The notes beneath the pieces were generated by a model. That model saw nothing but the letters and a program-made list of their open reading frames with translations. It was not told the DNA's origin and searched no databases. A stretch of 64,000 nucleotides of DNA from Bdellovibrio sp. (lineage in GTDB: Bacteria > Bdellovibrionota > Bdellovibrionia > Bdellovibrionales > Bdellovibrionaceae). The position numbers and the translations under genes are program-made. How positions within the stretch are numbered: position 1 is the stretch's first letter; the number at the start of each line of letters is the position of its first letter. Positions 49,274 through 59,045 of the stretch are shown here, in pieces. Where the stretch lies: NCBI GenBank assembly GCA_036677065.1, contig JAKFBS010000003.1, positions 224,001 to 288,000 of the forward strand, in the 5' to 3' direction.

Positions 49274-49363
49274 TCGGCTAAAACCGTCTCAGTATAAAAC
49301 ATTTAGACAGTTTTAATGTTAAAAACCGTTTAAAATGCAGCTCGCGCTGGATAAGGCTTTGCT

Positions 49364-50371
49364 TTGATATCCAGAGTGAAAATAGCCTTACTTATTACCA
49401 CATTCTTAGTGTCAACAATCGCGCAGGCTTCGGATTGTACGCCAGTCACAAAGCGCTTTGCTGTTGATGCCACAGGTATCGATAAAACATCGTATCAACT
49501 GACGATGCATTCATGCCAATTAAATCAATCAGATGTAGTCAGTCTTCGTCGTTTCAAATTGCGCGGCGAAATGTATAACTTAATTGTTAGCAACAAAACT
49601 TTGCAAACGGCCATCATTCCAGAAAAATGTTTAAGTAGCTGTGACTCTTTTGATATAAATGCGCCATCAAAATATGCGTCGATCTTAACTGATGGCACGC
49701 GCGTACCATCACCAACAGCTGGTGCAGGAATTCAAAAAGCCAAAGACCCAGGGCCGAATGAAACTTATTTAACCATCGATCTTTGTCCTTCAAGTAAAAA
49801 ACTACAAACTGAAATCTTTGAGCGTATTCAAAGTGGTTACATGACCAATGTTCCGGTGACTTTAGCGGTTTCTGGTTTGTGGATAAAAAATCATCACGAT
49901 GAATTTGTTTATTTATTGAAATTACAAGATGAGAAAAAAATTAATATCACTTGGGCGAATCATTCATTAACTCATCCTTATGATAAAACAAAACCTATTG
50001 AAGAAAACTTTTTGTTATCACCTGGTGTTGATTTTCAACGCGAAGTTTTAGGAAACGAAATGGTGATGTTATCACAAGGTTTAGTGCCGTCGATCTTTTT
50101 TCGCTTTCCCGGTTTAATCTCAAGTGATTTGTTGATTAGCCAATTGAAATCTTGGGGGCTAATCCCGTTGGGTGCAAACGCCTGGCTTGGTAAAGGTCAG
50201 AAGATCAAAAATGGCTCTATCGTCCTAATTCATGGTAACGGTAACGAGTTGTCTGGCTTAGCTTTGCTTTATAAAGCCTTAGAAATTCAGCCACAAATCA
50301 ATGCAACTTGGACAAATTTGAACCAAGTTTATAACTCTGTAGCTGATAAGATGGAACCTTTGCCTAAATAG
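49364..50371 (+). CDS. secreted polysaccharide/peptidoglycan deacetylase (CE4/NodB-like)
   Basis: YLTIDLCP, NHSLTH, FRFPGL, IVLIHG motifs; signal peptide. Confidence 0.82.
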   Translation: MISRVKIALLITTFLVSTIAQASDCTPVTKRFAVDATGIDKTSYQLTMHSCQLNQSDVVSLRRFKLRGEMYNLIVSNKTLQTAIIPEKCLSSCDSFDINAPSKYASILTDGTRVPSPTAGAGIQKAKDPGPNETYLTIDLCPSSKKLQTEIFERIQSGYMTNVPVTLAVSGLWIKNHHDEFVYLLKLQDEKKINITWANHSLTHPYDKTKPIEENFLLSPGVDFQREVLGNEMVMLSQGLVPSIFFRFPGLISSDLLISQLKSWGLIPLGANAWLGKGQKIKNGSIVLIHGNGNELSGLALLYKALEIQPQINATWTNLNQVYNSVADKMEPLPK

Positions 50372-50462
50372 TGCTCTGTTGGAGTAAAAAAGCTAATATT
50401 TTCGCGCTTTTGCACTCTGTAAATGGTTGCCACTCTACAGAGTCAGAGGCTACCTTTTTCGA

Positions 50463-51464
50463 GTGCATTTTAGCTGTAAAATAACGAATTCTATTTTGAA
50501 GTATTTAGAAACCGAAAAGGTCGATCTAAACGCGTATTTTTCAGAACAAGATGTGCCGTGGGATTTTTTAAAAGATCCATCAAACTGGATGTATGCACCA
50601 GACATGGAGGCATTTCTAGAACGTATCATCACTAAACGTGAACAAATTGAAGCCGCAGGGCATGTGACTCCAAAACTTCGCGCGTGGGGAGTGCTGGATT
50701 CAGTTCTTCGCATGATGCCGCGTCCGCAAGAAATTTTTCATCAGCCAGAAAAATTTTTAGGTTATTTTATTTCTCCTGAGCCACCGATTGAAAATGTGAT
50801 TCGCACCGATGCGGGAATCAGTTTTGATATTCCGCTGCCGGCAGAACAATACCCATTAGTGACAACGTATTTAAAAGCCGCATTCGAAGCGCTGCCGATT
50901 TATGTTGGCTTAACGCCAGGGGTTTGTCGGTGGACACAAGTGCACTTTGAATTAGATTGGCCAGGTTACCAAGATACGATCTTGGATGAGCAAGAGCATC
51001 ACCAAGTGTCACCGCAACTCATGCAAGAGGTGATTAACCAATTGCAAATCAGTTCGCGTGACCTTGAAGAAAAAAATCGTGAGCTTCAGCGCCGTAACGA
51101 AGAATTACAACGTGTGGCTGAACAAAAGTGGTCTTCAAAAGATACCCTTCAAGCCGTTTCTTTTTCGCCAAATGATTTTTCACAATTTGAATTCATCAAA
51201 AAACCAACACATCAAGTGGCGCAAAACTTAGCGCGCTTGCATGATTACATGGTGCGCGCCCATCAGTTGGTAACACTATTAACTGCGGGTCAAAAAGTGA
51301 CTCCGGGAATGAAAGCCGCGTTTCACCGAGTGGATTGGGATTTAGTCAAAAGCCAATACCCACAAATTATTTTTGAAAGTATCGAAATTTTAAAAAAAAT
51401 GAGTAAGCCTGATTCGGAAGAAGTCGTGTCGAAGACACGCATTGAATCAGAGAAGAAGGATTAA
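50463..51464 (+). CDS. hypothetical protein: sensor-like N-terminus, coiled coil, degenerate HisKA-like C-terminus
   Basis: Coiled coil [17 protein letters not shown] followed by [24 protein letters not shown]; start uncertain (GTG 50463). Confidence 0.6.
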   Translation: MHFSCKITNSILKYLETEKVDLNAYFSEQDVPWDFLKDPSNWMYAPDMEAFLERIITKREQIEAAGHVTPKLRAWGVLDSVLRMMPRPQEIFHQPEKFLGYFISPEPPIENVIRTDAGISFDIPLPAEQYPLVTTYLKAAFEALPIYVGLTPGVCRWTQVHFELDWPGYQDTILDEQEHHQVSPQLMQEVINQLQISSRDLEEKNRELQRRNEELQRVAEQKWSSKDTLQAVSFSPNDFSQFEFIKKPTHQVAQNLARLHDYMVRAHQLVTLLTAGQKVTPGMKAAFHRVDWDLVKSQYPQIIFESIEILKKMSKPDSEEVVSKTRIESEKKD

Positions 51465-51466
51465 CA

Positions 51467-52735
51467 ATGTCAGAAATCGTAAGTGTTCAAGGTCGCGAAA
51501 TTTTAGATAGCCGTGGCAATCCAACAATCGAAGTCGAAGTTAAAACTGCTGATGGCAACATGGGCCGCGCAGCTGTTCCATCTGGAGCCTCTACGGGTGC
51601 ACACGAAGCTTACGAATTACGTGATGGCGATAAAAAACGTTTCTTAGGAAAAGGTGTTTTTAAAGCTGTAGATAACGTGCGTGAAAAAATTGCTCCTGAA
51701 GTTGTAGGCTTAAATGTTTTTGAACAAGTGTACATCGATAAAGTATTACGCGACATCGACGGCACTGAAAATAAATCAAACTTAGGCGCTAATGCGATCT
51801 TAGGTGTTTCATTAGCAGTAGCTCAAGCCGCTGCAAAAGATGCAGGTCTTCCGCTTTACAGATACGTTGGTGGTTCACAAGCTTGTCGTTTACCGGTTCC
51901 GTTAATGAACGTGCTAAACGGTGGCGCACATGCGAACAACGGTTTAGATATTCAAGAATTCATGATCGTTCCGACAGTAAATAATTCATACGCTGAAAGT
52001 TTACGTGCCGGAGCCGAAGTATTTCACACGTTGAAAAAAATCCTCCACAAAAAAGGTTTATCAACTGCAGTTGGTGATGAAGGTGGATTTGCTCCAGTTT
52101 TAAAATCAAATGAAGAAGCACTTGAATTACTAATGCAAGCGATTATGGAAGCCGGCTACGAAGCCGGACAAAACATGTTCTTAGCTTTAGATGTGGCAGC
52201 CACTGAATTGTATAAAGATAATAAGTACACTTGGGAGAAAAACCAGATCTCAGGAAAAGAATTAGAAAACGTTTACAAAAAATGGAGCGAAAAATATCCA
52301 TTAATTTCAGTTGAAGATGGTTTCTCTGAAGATGACTGGGATTCTTGGGTTTCTGCAACTGCAGCTATGGGTGACCGTGTGCAATTAGTCGGTGATGACT
52401 TGTTCGTAACTAACCCAAAACGTTTACGCATGGGCTTAGAGAAAAAAGCGGCAAACGCGTTATTAGTTAAAGTAAATCAAATCGGTACCTTAACAGAGAC
52501 GTTTGAAGCGGTTAACTTAGCTCAACGCCATAAAATGAAAACAGTCATGTCACACAGATCTGGCGAAACAGAAGATACAATCATCGCTGACCTTGCGGTG
52601 GCATTAAACTGTCACCAAATCAAAACGGGATCTTTATGCCGTGGTGAACGTACTGCTAAATACAACCAATTACTAAGAATCGAAGAAGATCTTGGTGGTA
52701 TGGGCGTATATTGGGATAAAGCCGGTTTTCGCTAG
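51467..52735 (+). CDS. eno: enolase
   Basis: [37 protein letters not shown]. Confidence 0.98.
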   Translation: MSEIVSVQGREILDSRGNPTIEVEVKTADGNMGRAAVPSGASTGAHEAYELRDGDKKRFLGKGVFKAVDNVREKIAPEVVGLNVFEQVYIDKVLRDIDGTENKSNLGANAILGVSLAVAQAAAKDAGLPLYRYVGGSQACRLPVPLMNVLNGGAHANNGLDIQEFMIVPTVNNSYAESLRAGAEVFHTLKKILHKKGLSTAVGDEGGFAPVLKSNEEALELLMQAIMEAGYEAGQNMFLALDVAATELYKDNKYTWEKNQISGKELENVYKKWSEKYPLISVEDGFSEDDWDSWVSATAAMGDRVQLVGDDLFVTNPKRLRMGLEKKAANALLVKVNQIGTLTETFEAVNLAQRHKMKTVMSHRSGETEDTIIADLAVALNCHQIKTGSLCRGERTAKYNQLLRIEEDLGGMGVYWDKAGFR

Positions 52736-53268
52736 TGAATAAATTTGGGATTGTCCTTTTGTTAACCGTCGTAGCTATGACGGTTTTTTCTTTGACAGTT
52801 TTTGGAAATCCCAAAGTTTTAGATCTTAATTATAAATTTCAAAACGCAGACGCCGAAAAACTTTGTCTGAAAAACGAAGTTCTTTCTGAATGTTTTAAAA
52901 GACAAGTTCGCAAGCTTCATGAAACAGATAAATTAACAGTCGAAGAACTTATCGGAACTTTACCAGCAGGTAAGGGTTTAATTCTTCAAGAAAAAGAAAA
53001 GCAGCAAAAAGCCAAAGCCAAAGTTAAAGCTAAACTTTCTAACTCAGAGTTAAATTTAAGTTCTCATAAAAAACAGGCTGATTTCGCGTTACTGTTGCTG
53101 GAGCTATCTTGCACAGCCAAAGCTTCAACGGCAGCGCCAAATTATTTAAAAACTTTAAAATCTGTAGTCACCGAGCAAATCGAACAAGTCAGAAAATATT
53201 CAGATTCTGAATCGGTAAACCTGCAGATGAAATTCGATATAACTTTACTTTGTGAAAAGAAGAACTAA
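52735..53268 (+). CDS. hypothetical secreted protein
   Basis: GTG start overlapping the eno stop; hydrophobic N-terminus. Confidence 0.6.
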   Translation: MNKFGIVLLLTVVAMTVFSLTVFGNPKVLDLNYKFQNADAEKLCLKNEVLSECFKRQVRKLHETDKLTVEELIGTLPAGKGLILQEKEKQQKAKAKVKAKLSNSELNLSSHKKQADFALLLLELSCTAKASTAAPNYLKTLKSVVTEQIEQVRKYSDSESVNLQMKFDITLLCEKKN

Positions 53269-53271
53269 CCC

Positions 53272-54105
53272 ATGTCACATGATCTTGATCTAAAGCCTGG
53301 CCAATCTGTTGAACTTTTAAAAGAGCTTCACATCTTAACTCGCGATGGAAAAATCAATCAGGACTCGCGTCGTAAGCTTAAACAAGTTTATCACCTGTAT
53401 CACTTCATTGAACCCTTATTAAAAGACCTTAATGAAAACTCGGCACAAATTAATTTAGTCGATCACGGGGCGGGTAAATCGTATTTAGGATTTATTATCT
53501 ATGATTTGTTTTTCAAGTCTTTAAATAAGCCGAATAAAGTTTTTGGTATCGAATTTCGTGAAGAGCTAGTAAGAAAATCTAAAGATTTAGCTGATAAATT
53601 AAAATTTCCGAATATGGATTTTTTGCATTTAACGGTAGCTGATTCAATCACAACTAAAAAATTACCTGAATCAGTAGAAATCGTTACAGCACTTCATGCC
53701 TGTGACACAGCAACTGATGATGCCATTCATTTCGCGTTAGCAAAAAAAGCTAAGCACATAGTTTTAGTTCCATGCTGCCAGGCTGAAGTGGCTTCGCATT
53801 TACGCCAAAACAAAGCTAAGATGTTAGCAAATCCAATGTCAGAATTATTTCGCCAACCTATTCACACGCGTGAATTTGGTTCGCACTTAACAAACGTACT
53901 GCGCACATTAGAATTAACTGCTGCCGGATATGATGTGACCGTGACTGAACTTGTTGGTTTTGAACACTCAATGAAAAATGAATTAATTGTGGCCTCTAAG
54001 CACAACAATCCTGATAAAAATCATCAAGTGCGCCAAGCCAAAGAACGTTTACAAGCACTTCTTACTGAATTTCGTTTAGAAGATTTGAATACGCGATTTT
54101 CTTAA
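53272..54105 (+). CDS. class I SAM-dependent methyltransferase (Methyltransf_32-like)
   Basis: DHGAGKSYLGF, ALHACDTATD, PCCQ. Confidence 0.88.
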   Translation: MSHDLDLKPGQSVELLKELHILTRDGKINQDSRRKLKQVYHLYHFIEPLLKDLNENSAQINLVDHGAGKSYLGFIIYDLFFKSLNKPNKVFGIEFREELVRKSKDLADKLKFPNMDFLHLTVADSITTKKLPESVEIVTALHACDTATDDAIHFALAKKAKHIVLVPCCQAEVASHLRQNKAKMLANPMSELFRQPIHTREFGSHLTNVLRTLELTAAGYDVTVTELVGFEHSMKNELIVASKHNNPDKNHQVRQAKERLQALLTEFRLEDLNTRFS

Positions 54106-54162
54106 GACAAAACTAGACTATAAGCCGTACCCATTAGCGCAAAAAAAATAGAAACTAATTTC

Positions 54163-54468
54163 ATGGATCAACTGCGCAACATGGCCTTTGCCATTCAACG
54201 TTGGCTAAGCCGACCTCAAAAAGTTTTTTTCGCCTGTTTAATGGTGTTAACTGCGACGCTATTTTTGAACGGCACGCTATGGAAACTTTGGGGCCTTTAT
54301 CGTGATGAAGACACGATCGTGAGCCAATCTTTACAAGCCAAAGCACAGATGCGAGTGATTGATACCCAAATTAAACAAGCCACTGATACTACTTACATCG
54401 AACGCCAAGCCCGCGATAAAATGGATCTGGTTGGCGATCACGATCTTATCTTTGTATTTCCTGAATAG
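54163..54468 (+). CDS. FtsB/DivIC-like septum formation initiator
   Basis: TM, coiled coil, YIERQARDKMDLV; near eno as is usual for ftsB. Confidence 0.75.
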   Translation: MDQLRNMAFAIQRWLSRPQKVFFACLMVLTATLFLNGTLWKLWGLYRDEDTIVSQSLQAKAQMRVIDTQIKQATDTTYIERQARDKMDLVGDHDLIFVFPE

Positions 54469-54560
54469 CTATCGTCTGAATTCGCTTTAATTTTAAGCAA
54501 AAGTATCGCAAAGCATTAGGCCTTGTAACGACATAGAGTAAAAGCTCTAATGTGGTACTT

Positions 54561-54791
54561 ATGAAATTAGAACATTTATCATTAATATTGGGCCTTACAA
54601 AAACTGAATTAAAACGTCGTTTAGATTTAGGCCAAATCGACCCTCAAATTTTAAACCGACAGGTGAGTGAATACTCACAAGACCTTAAATTAAACGCTCT
54701 TTGCGACAGTTGGACTGAGCTAAAAAACGTAGAGCAATTTGACCGCTACGATCGCCAATTGCAAACAAACGAATCATCGATAAAACAATAG
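54561..54791 (+). CDS. small hypothetical protein
   Basis: 76-79 aa ORF filling the gap before polA. Confidence 0.5.
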   Translation: MKLEHLSLILGLTKTELKRRLDLGQIDPQILNRQVSEYSQDLKLNALCDSWTELKNVEQFDRYDRQLQTNESSIKQ

Positions 54792-54834
54792 CACATGTCA
54801 TGACAACCTGAGCACTTGAGGGTAGATTTTTTCG

Positions 54835-57438
54835 ATGAAGAAAATCTATCTCGTTGATGTCAGTTCTATGTTCTTTCGTGCCTTCTACGCCATTCGCCCG
54901 TTGTCTTCGACAAAGGGAGTTCCGGTCAACGCAGTTTACGGTTTTATTTCAATGATCGTAAAACTTTTTAAAGAAAAAAATCCAGATCACGTTGTATTTT
55001 GTTACGACCGCAAAGAACCATCGTTTAGAAAAGACCTATACACAGAATACAAAGCTAATCGCACAACTATGCCAGACGATCTGCAAGTGCAAATGCCTTA
55101 TTTAAAACAGGTGGCTGAATTATTCGGAATCGCCGATATCGAAGTTGCGGGATATGAAGCCGATGATTTAATCGGAACAATCGCTGTGCAAGCGGCTAAA
55201 GAAGGCTACCAAGCCTATATCGTAAGTGGTGATAAAGATTTTAGTCAGCTAGTGAATGAAAATATTTTTCTATACGACACGATGAAAGAATTCGTTTACA
55301 CCACAGAAGCTATCAAAGAAAAACACGGTGTGTACCCTGCGCAATTTATCGATTTTCTCGCGATCACCGGCGACACTTCAGATCATATTCCAGGAGTAGC
55401 GGGTATTGGCCCAAAAGGCGCACAGAAATTAATTGAGCAGTTTGGTACTTTAGAGCAAATTTACGAGAACATCGATAAGGTAGCTCCGGCGGGTATTAAA
55501 GAAAAATTAATTAAATCTAAAGACGATGCGATTATTTCTAAAAAATTAGTAACTATTGTGACCGACGTCAACACCGGCAAAGTAATGGATGACTACATCG
55601 TTAAAGATTTAAAAACTGAAGAACTAAGAGCTTTTTTACAAGAATTAAATTTTAAATCTTTCGAAAAAAGTTTATTAGGCGACGGGCAAGTTACGCTTAA
55701 AAAAGGTGATGGTCACAAAATTTCAGGCGCAGAACCAAGCTTTGCAACACCGGCGGCTCCTGGCCCTACTGTGAATGGCAACAGCAGTTTAGCCGCTGAT
55801 CTTAAGGCGCAAACTTGGGATGCCGTGGTTGTGCAACAGCGAATTAAAAATGAAAAGTTTTTTGTGCATACAGCAAATTCACAAATTTGTTTTTGTTTTA
55901 ATAATTTTGATTACTACATCACCCAAACTTCAGAGGCTAATTTAGATTATAAAAATATAGTTTGGTCAGGATTTGACATTAAGCAAGTTTGGTCCGAGCT
56001 GAATTTATCTATCGAAGATGTGTTATCTGCACAAATTGACTGGGACATGATGCTTTTAGCGTACTGTCTTAAATCACAAGACATGCTTGATCCGATCGAA
56101 GTGATCAAAGATTTCTTAGATATCGATTTAAAACCAGAAGCAAAACAACCAGTTGATATGATCAAACTAGTTGATGCCTTTGTTCAGTTGTCATTAAAAG
56201 TGCAAACAGAAATCCGCGAAAAAGGATTACTGCCAATCTATGAAAAATTAGAAAAACCATTAATTCCAATTCTCTATGCGATGGAAAAAGTAGGTATCAA
56301 ACTTGATACTCAAGCTTTGGCCATCTTTTCAAAAGAATTAGGCGATGATATCGCAAAACTAGAAACTGAAATCCACCAGATCGCTGGCGAAAAATTTAAT
56401 ATCGCCTCACCTAAGCAATTAGGAGTTATTTTATTTGAACGTATGGGTTTAGAGGCCATTAAAAAAACCAAAACAGGCTATTCAACAGATAATGAAGTTT
56501 TAGAAAGTTTAAAACATCCGATTGGCCAGCTCTTGATCAATTACCGCGAATTATCGAAGCTAAAATCAACTTACGTTGATGCCTTGCCTGAAATGGTCGA
56601 TTCCCACTCTAGAATTCATACCCATTTTAATCAGGCCTTTACAGCGACTGGGCGCTTATCAAGTACTGATCCGAATATTCAAAATATTCCAATCAAGACT
56701 GAAAAGGGCCGCAAAGTTCGTCAGGCATTTATCGCTGACAGCGGTAAAAAATTATTATCACTGGATTATTCACAAATTGAACTTCGCGTGCTTGCGCATA
56801 TCTCTGAAGACAAAGGTTTAATCAAAGCCTTTCAAGATGATTTAGATATTCATGCGGCAACCGCTGCAGAAGTTTTCGGTGTTGAATTAAGGGCTGTAAC
56901 AAAAGAGCACCGCCGAATCGCGAAGGCTGTAAATTTTGGTATCGCTTACGGCCAAGGGGCGTACGGTTTAGCTGAAACACTTGGAATTTCACGAACTGAA
57001 TCAAAAGATATTATTGATCGTTATTTTAAAAAATTCAGCGGTATTAAAGATTATATCGAAACGACAATCGAAGCCGCACATCAGAAAAAATACGTCGAAA
57101 CACTTTTCGGCCGTCGTCGTTATTTAACCGAGCTTGATTCAACAAATGCGATGGTTAAAAAATTTGGCGAGCGCGCAGCTATCAACGCTCCTATTCAGGG
57201 TACAGCCAGTGATCTGATGAAGATGGCGATGATTGATGTGCAACGCTGGTTAGTGCAGGATAAAGAGCCGTTAACGTTGTTATTACAAGTGCACGATGAG
57301 TTGATTTTCGAAGGCGCACCAGAGGTTTTAGAAATGCATGCGCCGCGTATCAGAGCGATTATGGAAAATGTAGCAAAATTTAAAGTGCCATTGAAAGTAA
57401 ATTCATCAATCGGCGATAACTGGGATCAAGCGCACTAG
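54835..57438 (+). CDS. polA: DNA polymerase I
   Basis: 5'-3' exonuclease (YKANR, EADD, GDKD); polymerase TGRLSS.DPN.QNIP, DYSQIELR, AKAVNFG..YG, QVHDEL. Confidence 0.97.
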   Translation: MKKIYLVDVSSMFFRAFYAIRPLSSTKGVPVNAVYGFISMIVKLFKEKNPDHVVFCYDRKEPSFRKDLYTEYKANRTTMPDDLQVQMPYLKQVAELFGIADIEVAGYEADDLIGTIAVQAAKEGYQAYIVSGDKDFSQLVNENIFLYDTMKEFVYTTEAIKEKHGVYPAQFIDFLAITGDTSDHIPGVAGIGPKGAQKLIEQFGTLEQIYENIDKVAPAGIKEKLIKSKDDAIISKKLVTIVTDVNTGKVMDDYIVKDLKTEELRAFLQELNFKSFEKSLLGDGQVTLKKGDGHKISGAEPSFATPAAPGPTVNGNSSLAADLKAQTWDAVVVQQRIKNEKFFVHTANSQICFCFNNFDYYITQTSEANLDYKNIVWSGFDIKQVWSELNLSIEDVLSAQIDWDMMLLAYCLKSQDMLDPIEVIKDFLDIDLKPEAKQPVDMIKLVDAFVQLSLKVQTEIREKGLLPIYEKLEKPLIPILYAMEKVGIKLDTQALAIFSKELGDDIAKLETEIHQIAGEKFNIASPKQLGVILFERMGLEAIKKTKTGYSTDNEVLESLKHPIGQLLINYRELSKLKSTYVDALPEMVDSHSRIHTHFNQAFTATGRLSSTDPNIQNIPIKTEKGRKVRQAFIADSGKKLLSLDYSQIELRVLAHISEDKGLIKAFQDDLDIHAATAAEVFGVELRAVTKEHRRIAKAVNFGIAYGQGAYGLAETLGISRTESKDIIDRYFKKFSGIKDYIETTIEAAHQKKYVETLFGRRRYLTELDSTNAMVKKFGERAAINAPIQGTASDLMKMAMIDVQRWLVQDKEPLTLLLQVHDELIFEGAPEVLEMHAPRIRAIMENVAKFKVPLKVNSSIGDNWDQAH

Positions 57439-57444
57439 ATTGCG

Positions 57445-58122
57445 CTACTCAGTTTCCCAGCCAACAACGCGGCCACCTTCGAAATACACATAACGACGTT
57501 CGCGTTTGTATCCACTGACTGTGGGTAATTCGCGTGTGTATTTCCAGCGTTCATTTTTATAAATTGGATTACCACTGTGCTCAACTTGTTGTGGGTCACC
57601 CCAGCTTTTGCGCACTAATTCTTGCGACATGCCTAAGGTGATATCCTGAGTCTCGGTGAGCGCCATAAAATCAGGATTTGTTTTATCGCGATTCCATAAT
57701 TTATTGCGGTTCACCCAAGCTAGGCGACCTTCGAGGGAAGGAATCGACAAATAATCAATTTTTTCTTGGTCGTTGGCAAACAAGGGTAAAACTTTTGAGT
57801 AATTTAAACGTTCTCTAGGTGAATCCAAACCACGTTCAAGTTGGCGCACTTTACGGCGTGATAAGACATCTTTGCGTTCTGTTTCGCTGAGTCCTTTGCG
57901 TGGATCAAAACCCAACTCATAAGCGTATTTATCTAAATCTTTATCTGAAAGACGATCGGGGTCTTTTGTCGGATCAGAAGTCACTGTTTGGCGAGAAGTT
58001 TCTTCTTTGCTATTGGTCGTTTCTTCTAATTCGGGGCGCGATGCCGTTTTAATCCAGTTAGCACACGACGAAGTCATCATCAAACCCAGGACGGTAAAGC
58101 CGAATAATAAAGATTTTTTCAT
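57445..58122 (-). CDS. lipoprotein with C-terminal SmpA/OmlA-like domain
   Basis: Lipobox TSSC; LGMSQELVRKSWGDP..ERWKY..YVYFEGGRV. Confidence 0.7.
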   Translation of the reverse strand: MKKSLLFGFTVLGLMMTSSCANWIKTASRPELEETTNSKEETSRQTVTSDPTKDPDRLSDKDLDKYAYELGFDPRKGLSETERKDVLSRRKVRQLERGLDSPRERLNYSKVLPLFANDQEKIDYLSIPSLEGRLAWVNRNKLWNRDKTNPDFMALTETQDITLGMSQELVRKSWGDPQQVEHSGNPIYKNERWKYTRELPTVSGYKRERRYVYFEGGRVVGWETE

Positions 58123-58244
58123 ATACCTATATCTTAAAATATCTACGGCTCATTGTGTCTGCTTTGTGTTTGCTTTTTCATATTTCTGGACGAAGGTTAG
58201 ATGGTCCTAGCTTTTAAAAATTTCTATATGTAACCTAGGAGTGC

Positions 58245-59042
58245 ATGATGGATCTGTTTAAACTGAAATTTGGCAAAAGTATGGATGCTGACGCTGAAGC
58301 TGAGCTTACGGAAAACCTGCAGTTTCTTGAAGACGTCTTAAACGAAGAAGATCCTGAATTCATGAAAACCGTTGGCGATGTCAGCATCGAAAACGAGGCC
58401 GTCGACGAATCTTTACTGGACACATCATTAGCTGTTAAACCACCTCACCGCATTGTTAAATTTTTCACTTCGATTTTTGGCGCAGTTAAATCTCCATTTT
58501 GGGGGTTGGTGCTAAAACCATTAATGATTCACAAATACCCAAAACAAGCGATCACCTTTTGGCTAATATTAGGCGGCGTTGGTTATGGTGGTGTGAGACT
58601 TTATAAAGCTCATTTTTGGTCTGCTCCTACACAACTATTTTTAACCTCATACGCAGATCTTGGAGTGACCGTTCATGATTACGATATGTTAGAAGCGGTT
58701 GAGCCTTTTTATGATAACGTGCGCTTTTCAAAAAACGTGATGTCATTAATTAAAATGACAGCGAATTTACGCCCCTCAGAAAGCTCATCGAATAATCCGA
58801 TGATTTCTTTTGAAATTGTTATTCACGGAGTTTCGAATGAGCCCATCGTTGAAATTAAAGACCGAGAAGCTGAATTTCGCGATTTGATTTTACGCGTGAC
58901 CGAAGAATTTACTTACGATGATTTAGACACAAGCGCTGGCAAACAAGCCTTAAGCGAATCTATCTTAGCAAAAATCAATGCGCACTTAACCGACGGCCAA
59001 GTTCGCAAAGTTTATTATAAAAATATAGTCATTAAGCCTTAA
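58245..59042 (+). CDS. FliL-like flagellar basal-body-associated protein
   Basis: TM then ANL..RDLILR...FTYDDL...GKQAL...I...IN......VRKVYY FliL pattern. Confidence 0.75.
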   Translation: MMDLFKLKFGKSMDADAEAELTENLQFLEDVLNEEDPEFMKTVGDVSIENEAVDESLLDTSLAVKPPHRIVKFFTSIFGAVKSPFWGLVLKPLMIHKYPKQAITFWLILGGVGYGGVRLYKAHFWSAPTQLFLTSYADLGVTVHDYDMLEAVEPFYDNVRFSKNVMSLIKMTANLRPSESSSNNPMISFEIVIHGVSNEPIVEIKDREAEFRDLILRVTEEFTYDDLDTSAGKQALSESILAKINAHLTDGQVRKVYYKNIVIKP

Positions 59043-59045
59043 AAA

